Source: Carpediemonas membranifera BICM
Taxonomy: Eukaryota; Protista; Fornicata
Reading direction: 5' to 3'
DNA length: 64,000 nt
Assembly (NCBI GenBank): GCA_019828565.1
Contig: JAHDYR010000015.1
Coordinates: 63,223 to 127,222 of the forward strand
Shown: positions 1-9,462 of the stretch, piece by piece
Layout: each line of letters begins with the position of its first letter
Position numbering within the stretch: the first letter of the stretch is position 1
Position numbers and translations under genes: made by a program
Notes under the pieces: model-generated
Told to the model about the DNA's origin: nothing
The model's input: only the letters and a program-made list of their open reading frames with translations
Databases searched by the model: none

Positions 1-16
1 AGTACGCACCCTTGCT

Positions 17-304
17 TCACCCCCTGTTTGTCCTTTCCCATGACTTAGCCCCTTTCACTGATATCCATGTCTCTTGTAGTGTGCTCTGGATTGCTCTGAT
101 AAGGTGGGCCTCCACTCCCATTCCCTGGAGTTTGTCCATCAGGGTGTCTCTTGGCACTGTGTCGTATGCCTTCTCTATGTCTAGGAACACTGAGGTCGTC
201 TCCCCCCCTTCCTGGTGTCTCTGCACTATATACTGGATCTGCTGCACTACGCGCCGGGAGACCTCAGCTCTGATGTCGCGGGGAAGATTCATAGATGCCG
301 TCAC
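17..304 (-). mobile_element. Non-LTR retrotransposon reverse transcriptase fragment (truncated)
   Basis: SVFLDIEKAYDTVPRDTLMDKLQGMGV is the LINE RT motif LDxxKAYD followed by the usual helix; the upstream QxGF motif and downstream YADD region are absent. Confidence 0.8.
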
Positions 305-2037
305 GGGTCGAGTAACACGCTCTGCGGCTTGTACACGGTGCCTGGATGAGTGGTTGATTGATATTTGTTACTTACAGGTTACCGGAGGCCAAGCGCTTGC
401 GCTGAGTACGTGTTTGAGCACGAAGAGAACGACAGACGGCGGAATGAGCGGAAACAAGAGGCTTAGTGAGTTCCTCGTCACCAATTTCGGCGATTTTAGC
501 GCGAATAGTATCCAGAATTGCTTATACGGCGGCGTTGTCCGACATCAACTGAGTTGACGGCGACATATTCTGCACTTTTGGAACAATCGGTTTCAGGACG
601 AAACCTAGAGCAGTAATAGGACGCCAAATCAAGCTAATTCATCTATTTACTAAGCGCTGTAGCCTATTAGCTCCATCGGAAGCCGATTGATGTTGTTAAT
701 GAAGTACGAGCGCGCCAGGAAAAATGAAAGGCCCAAAACTCGCCAACGAAGGCCTTTTGGAGCCTCTTAATGCCTTTTTCGGCGTCTGCGTAAGTTTCAG
801 CGCAAATGGTACAGTACTTCTTCTTATTCTTCTAGACGCCGAGATCAACCCTCGAATTACTTAGAAGCATGCGTAACACGTAATATTTTTCGAGACACGG
901 CCATATGAGGCCGTGGAGGGGCAGGGATAAGCCTCTATGAATACGGGCGAACCCTAGCCGTCCGTTTGACTGTCATTGACGTCGGTAAGTTCGGACCCTA
1001 TATGCGGTTCATGAGGGCGGCGAAGCCCTGGTAAGACCATCTTAACACGTAACATAGCAATTGCTTACACAGTGGATCCACGTTATCATATACAGCTGTC
1101 GGGTTTTATTCCCATGTCACCGTTGGTGATACATAATTCCGTATCGGAAGACCGCGGGTCGGGCGTTGCCCACTCCACTGCCAATGGAGTAGACCGTTGC
1201 ATAGCTTGGGTGGCACCAAACTATAACACGGATGACCCTAGGCCAACCTAACCCCCGTAACTCGTTGAGTGTCATGCCTATTGCCCAGGCATGGAGGGGC
1301 AGTGTGGTGGTCATAGACCACACTAATCATTTATACAGTTTAAGCCATTTATTGGCACAAGGGTTTTCTCTTCTTCTTTCCCTGTAAAAGCATTCTCCGC
1401 ATTAGCGAGGCACAACACTGCCATGCTTCACTGGTGGGGTTTTTGAGATAGGGCGCTACGAACAAATCGGGAACTTGGAACTGCATGTCGACAGTAATTA
1501 CTGTGGCAGACCAAAAACAAGTGGAAGTGATTTAAAGAGTCAACCCTCGGTGGGGAAAAGGGCTAAAACTAAAATATCAATTAAACGCACTACAGACCTT
1601 GCGGAGGGCTTGTTCGGACTGTGGGGGTAGGGGAGGAGACGAAAAGAGAGTCATCGAGGTCTCCAGGGCCCTTTGAGACAGGCGACCGTCTAGATATGTA
1701 GTCCAGGACGGTGGCGTCATCGGCGGCTGCCATTGAGCGGAGCTTCCGGTCATCCAGGTCCTTGAGGGCTATGAGTGGCTGGAAGTGATCACCGTTGTGG
1801 CGAACAATCGTAAATTCCTCCAGCATCATGACCATAAGGACTGAAGAAGGAATTTCTACCGTTCCCCATTTCAGACATTTTTTAAACTCGACAACAAGGC
1901 TGATTAGAATCTTCTATGTGGTATACATGCACTCCTCTACCAGTAAAAAGCATGCATACCAACTTTCAAATTCCAAATCCTGCTAGAAAAAAGTAACATA
2001 GGGACAAATATTCCTTGGGAGTTCAGACTCAAAAATC

Positions 2038-2098
2038 GGGCAGGGGGGAGGAAATGGTCCATAAGTACGCCTTATGGGTCGCTTCCTCCCCTCTGCCC
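2038..2098 (+). other. Long inverted repeat / RNA hairpin followed by a T run
   Basis: 2038-2065 pairs with 2071-2098: 28 positions with 4 G-U pairs and 1 mismatch, 5-nt loop TACGC, then TTTTTT. Confidence 0.8.
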
Positions 2099-2470
2099 TT
2101 TTTTATTGACTTCTGATTTGCCAGATTTGACACATGTTCGAGGTGAGTCTTAGATTACTCAATATGGCCTCCTGATTCAGTAGATAGACTCCAAAATGTC
2201 CAACTCGTACTCAAACCCAATTTCAACAGACGTCCGTTGCAAAATCTGCCAAAAACGCACTTTAAAGTCATTTTTGCAACAGACGTCTGTGGAAATGGTC
2301 TTTAAGCTCCCGATCCGAAGAACAGGCGCATCGCTGATCAGATCCGAACAATACTGCAGTAGCATGCATAAATAGTGTAGCAATGAAGGTATACCTCTTT
2401 ACTTGGATCAAAAGCTTGTCCTTTGCTTCAAAACAAAATGTGCCATTCATGAAAAAATGGCACATTGCAA

Positions 2471-3475
2471 ATGGACGAGAAATACGGAGAACTCGGCACG
2501 CGACGCATCAGTAAGGACCAAGAAGTCTTTGAATGTGTCTGTGGTAAGGTTCAGCTCAGGCGTGGACATCGCGGGATCGGTTTCAAGTCTTCTTCCTCTC
2601 ACGAGTGTCCTTTTACAACAGAGAAGTTGATTAACCGACGGGTGCTAATCACCATCGAGCCCGCTGCATGGTTTCGAGACCCCGACTCAGCCCTACCCCG
2701 TCTTCCGCGTGGAAAGTCTGCCAACTCATCTGGCTATCACTTCAAGCTCAAGACGGCTCTAGAGCTCGTTGATGATGAGTGGCTGACTGCCGTTGCCCGC
2801 ACCTTTAAGTCTACGTCCCATCTGGCCGAGGTACTTGAGGAGTTGGCGTCGCAGTTCTCTAACTTCGACACTTACTGGGTGATATCGGGTCATTCTGATA
2901 CAGAAACGTCGCGTATGATCATTGATACGTCTACGAACGAGTTTCTGTATCACCATGATCTGGTCCAGCTCATCCTCAGGTCATTCGAGAGCCCTTCCTT
3001 GGTGAGATCGACGCGTGTGCGTCTGATTTACTTTGCCACCTGCTCCGGACTCGACAGATCTGAGGAGTCTCAGCTGTGCAGTGCTATTTCGACAGCCAAG
3101 TACAAGAACACATGCATTATCCTCACTCCTGAGAAGGTTCTGGCGCATGAGCTTGTTCTCCAGGACGCCTATTGGCTCTACCGCGTGACATGCCTCGACA
3201 ATCCTCTTTTCTTTCTGACGAAGTACTTCTCTGGCTATCGTTTCGCGCCTGGCTCAGCAGGAAGACGGATTATAGCCAATGGTTCCTTGTCATTTCCCAA
3301 CGAGGCCAGGGTCATCATGTCTGAGACTAGCTATGCCCGGCCCATTCCTCTTCCTGAAATGCAAGACATCGTTTCTGATGTCAACGAGTATGACCCGTTA
3401 AGAACCGACCAGAGAAGACTTGTGAATGATCGATACATAAGCATGATGACCCGTGCGCTTGAGAGAGACGTGTAG
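2471..3475 (+). CDS. Putative CHAT/caspase-fold (clan CD) cysteine peptidase with N-terminal Cys/His cluster
   Basis: Intact ORF. YWVISGHS and VRLIYFATCSG match the CHAT HFxGHG and LVVLSAC His/Cys strands in order; N-terminal CxC...HEC cluster. Confidence 0.55.
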   Translation: MDEKYGELGTRRISKDQEVFECVCGKVQLRRGHRGIGFKSSSSHECPFTTEKLINRRVLITIEPAAWFRDPDSALPRLPRGKSANSSGYHFKLKTALELVDDEWLTAVARTFKSTSHLAEVLEELASQFSNFDTYWVISGHSDTETSRMIIDTSTNEFLYHHDLVQLILRSFESPSLVRSTRVRLIYFATCSGLDRSEESQLCSAISTAKYKNTCIILTPEKVLAHELVLQDAYWLYRVTCLDNPLFFLTKYFSGYRFAPGSAGRRIIANGSLSFPNEARVIMSETSYARPIPLPEMQDIVSDVNEYDPLRTDQRRLVNDRYISMMTRALERDV

Positions 3476-3518
3476 TAAACAGATATATATACAATTTATG
3501 ATCATCTCTCACTAAACA

Positions 3519-3903
3519 CTAAACAATCGGTCTCATGTCCTCTACTCGCTTATAGACAACCTTACATTTGCTGCAGAGGGGAACGATGTACAACTTGCCA
3601 TCAATGGTGTACTGCACTTCCTCAGAGCAATGCTCACAGTACCACCAGTGACAGCCTGGGCAGCAAAGAAGAGTAGTGTTCTTCTGCTTTCTTCGTGTTC
3701 TTGGATCTTAGGCCCTTTTTGCACGCCTGGCACTTGTTGCTAGAGCCGGTAATATAGCACGCGGGACAGTAGTCCTTCTTGCCCTTCGTCCTGACACATT
3801 GCTCGTGCAGGAAACCTTTGCAAGCACAGCATCTCCTGAACGTAGTGCCGTCTGGATTGAAGAACCACTCGGGGGTACCACACACAAGACATCCAAATAG
3901 CAT
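3519..3903 (-). pseudogene. PHD finger plus second Cys-rich finger, one frameshift near 3685-3695
   Basis: CLVC...CCACKGFLHEQC...CPAC fits the C4HC3 PHD pattern. CQAC continues in the +1 frame as CCPGCHWWYCEHC...CSKC to a TAG at 3519-3521. The indel could be real or a sequencing error. Confidence 0.65.
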
Positions 3904-3942
3904 TTTGCGCTGATGAAGGCTAAGGAAAGTCGTCTTACATGT

Positions 3943-4027
3943 TGTAGACCTTCGGGTCGATTAGTTTTATCCAATTTTGTGTCCCGGGTCAAACCCTATA
4001 AATCCACTCTCTCCTCTCATCGCTACA
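3943..4027 (+). repeat. Candidate 85-bp 5' LTR of a Ty3/gypsy element
   Basis: TGTAG...CTACA perfect 5-bp inverted termini, internal CCTATAAA, ends 22 nt before the gag ATG; no second copy in the window. Confidence 0.5.
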
Positions 4028-4049
4028 GTAATTACTGGTACCTAGTAAG

Positions 4050-5101
4050 ATGAATCAGCTCCAGTCAATTGACCTGTTTATGGCCCCCTTCCTCACCAAG
4101 ACTACTCAGAAAGAGTGGGAGGAATTCCGCGAGAACTATTACGCGTACCGTGCCAAAGGCGGTGCTATTCCTATTAAGCACTTGATTGGCCGTACGGTAT
4201 GGCAAATCTTCGCTCTCCGTGACCCCGCTCTCAAAGAATCCCTTCCTGATCCCGCTCGCAACGCCCTTGTTGCTGAGGGAGGACGATGAGAGCGACGAAG
4301 ACTTCGAAGACGCCACGGATGATGACACCGAGGACGAAGCACCTATTCCTGATCCTCTTCCCGTTTTCCCCGAGGACGCCGAATCCTCGCGCATCCTACG
4401 CCGCATCAACGTTCTCTTCCAGCCCATCGACCGCAGAGAAGCCCTTGACCGCTTCGAGCGGATTACCTGCCACTCTCGTGGTCCCCTTCAGGACAACGTT
4501 CTCCGTTACGTCCATGCATATCAGACGCAGCTTGAGAACTGCGGCGATGTTCGCCCTTCAATCAAGCAACTCGTCCGCTGTTTCGTGCAGCACATCCAGC
4601 CGGAGCGCCTCCGCGATCGCGTCTTAACCTACCAGGATCGCCGGGACCTAGACGCCACTTTCCGCGCCGCCATAGAGCAGGCTCGGCACGTGGAACAGGT
4701 CACCCGCGAGGGGGACCGCCTACGCGCCGCTGAACGCCCGGGCCCCAACGCCCACTCCGCGGCTCCGCGCCCTACGTGTTCCTTCTGCGGCAAGGTTGGC
4801 CATGACATAGACCACTGTTTCGCTAAGCGTGACAAGAAGCCCCGTAATAAACGGGCATCCTATTTTGAGCTGTTGACGATAGATCCCTTGCCTGGTCCAG
4901 AGAGAGTGACACCGCAGGCCGTATTCTCGGTGTCGACCCCAGGGATGCCCTGTGTCCGCGCGCTATTTGACACAGGCGCCACAGCGAATTTTATTAGCCG
5001 CGAGCTCCTGGAGCAGCTCAAACCAATCTCGGTACGGCCCACGACTCGCAAGGTCCAGTTTGGCAGTGGCCAAATAATGAAAGCCGCTCAGGAAGCCATA
5101 C
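4050..5101 (+). mobile_element. Ty3/gypsy gag-protease fragment (frameshift near 4280, truncated in protease)
   Basis: Gag-like N-terminus, CCHC knuckle CSFCGKVGHDIDHC, aspartic protease ALFDTGATANFIS; cut off by an oppositely oriented element at 5102. Confidence 0.9.
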
Positions 5102-6343
5102 TGTGAAGCGAACTGTTTATAGGTAAACCGTCTAAAGGTAAAAATGGTCTAAACTACCGTGACACTACCCTCTCTTTGGAAGAAAACCCCTCCTGGGGAG
5201 CAAAAGAAACCAAAGAGGGACCTTAAACGTAATTAGCAAGGTTCTTACGGGCCTTCCGAGCACGGCGCTTAACCTCTTCGACGTGGGACACAGACCTTAG
5301 GTGCTGTTCCGTGCGTTCATCATAGTTTTTCCACTTAATGGTCACCATACCGGTTTTCCAGTCGAACTTCTCGATCTTTTCGATCTCAAACTGTTCCTTA
5401 TCGGATTCGGCTAATTGCTTCATTTGAGTCTCTTCAAGATCTGTCTCAAATGGCATCAGTTTGTCGACGTGGGTAACTCTAATGTCTCCTGTGACAATAG
5501 ATTGCAGCTTCACCTTATGGTTCGGCAGTACCTCGTGAATCTTCCACGGGCCTCTGTTCTGGCAGTCGAGCTTCTTGGGGTTTTCATGTTTCCATAGGAC
5601 ATAGTCACCTACTTCTACCCCCTTCGTCTCGATCTGGCTCCTGGCGGATGTGCCTTCCCTTACGGAGTCTTCCAGTGTCCTTAGGACCTCCTGGAGAGAT
5701 TGCTTGAACTCAACAATCCTCTTGTCGCCCCACTCTGCCGCGTCCCACTCAGTGGAAAATAGGTTGTGAGGCTGACCGAATATTAATTCATGAGGGGAGA
5801 ACTGCACATGCGTGTCTTCTCTTTCTGCTTCACAAGAACGATAGGGGAAGCAAAAGGGCCCTTGGATGCGGTTACGATGCCCTGTTGCGTGAGTTCGGCG
5901 ATGATGTCCTTCGCTTTCTTTCTGTTGTCGGGCGAAAGACGGCGCGGCTTAATCTGCACTAGTGATTGATCCTTGACATGGAGGACCATCGGAGGGACCT
6001 TGGCGGGTTCCTGGCCGAGTGGCTCGAAGATGTCTGAGAACTCTCGGAGGAGGGGCTCGATGCGGGGACGAAGTTCATCCGAGGGGATCTGCACAGCTTT
6101 CCAGCCGGTGCGGTAGTCCGCAAGGGCTGAATACAGCCGAGAGTTTGAGACGCTGAAGACAGGAAGGAGGACGTCGTCATCGACGGGCGTCTGAGGAGAG
6201 AAGGCCAGGTTGATGCCATCAGGAGTGAGGACACCGAGGTCCCGGAGCGTGTCGCAGCCAATCAGGGGGCACTGGCGACCAGGCTCGCGGCCCCAATCAG
6301 AATCAAGACCCCGGGCGGTACAATCGAGGCGGACATGTGCCAC
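5102..6343 (-). mobile_element. Internally deleted chromovirus-like Ty3/gypsy element: protease C-term, RT start, integrase C-term/GPY-F, chromodomain, PPT, candidate 63-bp 3' LTR
   Basis: LIGCDTLRDLG; FASPIVLVKQKEKTRMC fused out of frame to FSPHELIFG...NRGPWKIHEV...FEIEKIEKFDWKTGMVTIKWKNY. PPT AAAGAGAGGGTAG (5165-5177) abuts TGTCA...TCACA (5164 to 5102). Confidence 0.88.
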
Positions 6344-6985
6344 GAGGTTCCTCTGAAAATGTGCAAGTCGCCGTTCACTCCGAAAGGGCTGGCGACCACA
6401 GTCTCAGCGTACGGGGTTGACTGTGATTATGACCTCCTTTTATCATACCAAACGATAGTCGAGTGGGGTATTCTTCCCAGCCTGTGCGAACCGTCACAGT
6501 CCGATACTGATGACGCCTTGGAACCATACGTGCCTGAGCCGGAACCGCTCCAGGCGTATGCGTTGTCCTCAGATCATATTCCAACTCACGACCGTATTCT
6601 CGCAGCATATGCACACTGCTTCGATGTTCGGGAAGGGTTCTCGGCCCTGGAGCCGTATGACCTCGTCCTCAAAGAGGATCGAGTCGTCGCCACAAGATCC
6701 AATTACGTCCCTTATCAGAAGCAGGGTCTGTTCGACGATCATGTCAACGAACTATTGGCGAAGAAATACATCGAGGCCAGCTTCTCGCCATACTCTTCTC
6801 CAGCATTGCTCGTCCCCAAGGGCAAGGACAAGACCAGGATGCTCGTCGACTTCCGACGGATCAATGATTTGACCGCACCGTTCGACTATCCAATCCCCGA
6901 GGTTAACACGTGCTTGACCAGGCTTGCTGGTGCCAAGGTCTTTGCTACCCTGGACCTCTCAAAAGGATATCACCCCTCTCATTAA
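6335..6985 (+). mobile_element. Ty3/gypsy protease C-term and RT N-terminal fragment
   Basis: YSSPALLVPK...RMLVDFRRIN...YPIP...AKVFATLDLSKGYH, truncated right after DLSKGYH. Confidence 0.9.
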
Positions 6986-7248
6986 ACCAGATGCGGGACA
7001 GGTTAATGAAGTCCTTGGCGGTTTCATACATACCTACCGCTGACAAAAGGTGGGCATATCTTGGGGCGAGTGGGAAGAAAGACAGCTTAGACACTAGGAA
7101 AATGAGTGACCCTGAGATCTTTACCCAGAACGGACTAAATTCTTTCTTTAAATTCTTTTTTAACAAGGACTCAATTGTCGTCCGAGACCATGCCAGTTAG
7201 GCTGGGGGTAAACTGCGCGAATACCACAATTTCCACAAAACACGAGCA

Positions 7249-8222
7249 ATGAACGTCCTGCAGAAGAATGCAGTGACACTTAGCTTTATTGCTGCCAACA
7301 CATTCAGTTCTGTGCTGATTATTGCCGTGAACAAGGTAGGTTTGTTGAGATCCAGCACTCTCACGCAGTATTCAACGCGTTCCCCTTCCCGACATTCATC
7401 ACCTTTCTCCACTTCATATTCACATTCAGTGGCCTAGCTATGTGTGCCAAAGTGGGTCTGTTCCACCCGAAGAAGCTCAGCATGCTCGCCGTCCTCCCAC
7501 TCAGCCTCGCCTTCTGCGGCTACGTGGTGCTCAACAACCTGTCGCTGCAGTACAACCAGGTGGGGTTCTACCAGACGATGAAGATCATGGTCACACCCAC
7601 CGTTGCCATCATTGAGGTCTTCATCTACAAGAAGAAGCTCACAGCCTCAATGTGGTACTGCCTCGGCGCCATATGCCTCGGCATCGGCATCTGCACCGTC
7701 GACTCTATCCAGATGAACCCGATTGGCGTCATTGCCGGACTGTCTGCCGTCGTCTCGACGTCGTTTTACCAGGTCTGGTCGGGTGTCCGCCAGAAATCCC
7801 TCCAGGCCTCCTCCTCCCAGCTCCTGCTGTACCAGGTACCCATGTCCATGTTCATCCTGCTCTTCATCTTCCCTCTGTTCGACTCACCCAAGGACATTGT
7901 CATGACCGGTCTCGACGCCACGTCGGGGTCCATGCTGCTCCTGTCCTGCTGCCTCTCGTTCGCTGTGAACATCACCATCTTCCTCATCATCGGCCGGACC
8001 AACGCTGTCACGTACAATGTCGCGTCCCACGTCAAGACCGTCCTCAACTACTGCGTCGCGTTCATCATCTTTGGCGATCCTCTCACGTGGAAGGTCGTGG
8101 TCGGCATCATGCTGACACTGGGCGGCATCTTCTCGTACAGCTACATCAAGATCAAGATGCAGCAGCAGGCTCTCTCCCCGCCTTCTGCTGCTGCTGTGTC
8201 TGCGAAGAAGGAGGATGTCTGA
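7249..8222 (+). CDS. Nucleotide-sugar/triose-phosphate transporter family protein (SLC35E3-like); intron 7340-7368
   Basis: Multi-TM protein with NLSLQYNQVGFYQTMK and TYNVASHVKT. The 29-nt GTTTGT...CTCACGCAG intron joins ...NKV to VFNAFPFPTFIT in frame. Confidence 0.88.
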
Positions 8223-8393
8223 AGGTCTGGTGCGGTTTAAATACTCGTTATTAGTCTGTATGGGTGTGTGAGCATCGTACTCATCGGGTGTAGACTGTGG
8301 ACATGAAACACACACTGTGGACGGATGTCTGTCCAGTGACTTGGTTGCCAAGTCGTGCAGAAAGGCGACGAGAATTTGAGTAAAATCTTGGCA

Positions 8394-9236
8394 ATGAAGG
8401 AGAACCAGGCCGAAACGAACGTACGAAGGAGCAGCAGATTGAAGCAAAACTCCATTCAGTCCTATTTTAAGCAGGAAAAGGCAATCCCTATCGTAGACAA
8501 GAAGAAGGCACTGAAGCCGCTCAAGGAGGCCTCGATAACTGTGAAGAACCTCAATACGCCAGAAAAGGTACTTATTGAGATCAAGCATGAGAAGGCAAAG
8601 CAGCACAAGACCGCCAAACCCACCAAGCCTGCCTCGTTCCGGCGGCTCCGTGTGAACAAGTGGACGAAAGAGGCCATGGCCCTCTGTCCCAAGCCCATCA
8701 TGGGCACCGAGGACGGCCCTGACGATGACTGCGAGGTACGCAAGGCCTGCATGGTGGAGTGTACCGACAAGAGCTGCACCGCTGGGCCATCCTGCGGTAA
8801 CCGCGGCCTGCAGCGGCAAGAGTACGCCAAGTACGAGATCAGGTCTGCTGGTGGTAAGGGTGATGGCTTCTACGCCAAGGAGGACATCAAGGCGGGCGAG
8901 CTGATCATCGAGTACGTCGGCGAGGTTCTCACCAAGGAGGCCGCCCAGGACCGCCTCAAGCACAACACCAGCCGCCACGTCTACGGCATGGGGATAGGGG
9001 ACGGCATCGTGATTGACTCCGCCGAGCGAGGCAACGACGCGAGGTTCATCAACCACTCGTGTGACCCCAACGCCGAGACGGGCAAGTGGGAGGTCAGGGG
9101 CAGACCTAGGGTAGCCGTCACTGCCCGCCGACTGATCCTGTCAGGGGAGGAGGTGACGTTCGACTACCACTTCGAGACTGAAGGGGAGAAGGTCAAGTGC
9201 ATGTGCGGGTCCAAGAAGTGTCGGGGGTACCTGTGA
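8394..9236 (+). CDS. AWS-SET-postSET histone lysine methyltransferase (Set2/ASH1/NSD-like)
   Basis: GKGDGFYA, IIEYVGEV, ARFINHSCDPN, EEVTFDY, post-SET CMCGSKKCRGYL. Confidence 0.92.
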   Translation: MKENQAETNVRRSSRLKQNSIQSYFKQEKAIPIVDKKKALKPLKEASITVKNLNTPEKVLIEIKHEKAKQHKTAKPTKPASFRRLRVNKWTKEAMALCPKPIMGTEDGPDDDCEVRKACMVECTDKSCTAGPSCGNRGLQRQEYAKYEIRSAGGKGDGFYAKEDIKAGELIIEYVGEVLTKEAAQDRLKHNTSRHVYGMGIGDGIVIDSAERGNDARFINHSCDPNAETGKWEVRGRPRVAVTARRLILSGEEVTFDYHFETEGEKVKCMCGSKKCRGYL

Positions 9237-9462
9237 GAGCGTGGGTCGGTGGTGAGAGTATTGAGTCTATTTAGCGTTCGTTTCATGGTAAAGTTTCGAC
9301 TGAATTTTCTGCTTTCCGCTCACAGATTCTCGAAAAAATTGTAATTCAATCCCAGCCTACCTCAAGAAGATTCTGGCTCCTATGCCCGCTCACTCCCACT
9401 CTATTCGCCCTTCCTGATTGAGTCTAACCAAGTCGTTTTTCTCGAAGATTCTCCAAGTAGAC

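Noticed and set aside
3910-3940. CTGATGA...GAAA resembling a hammerhead ribozyme core
   Set aside because: No stem II between the motifs and no compatible stems I and III.
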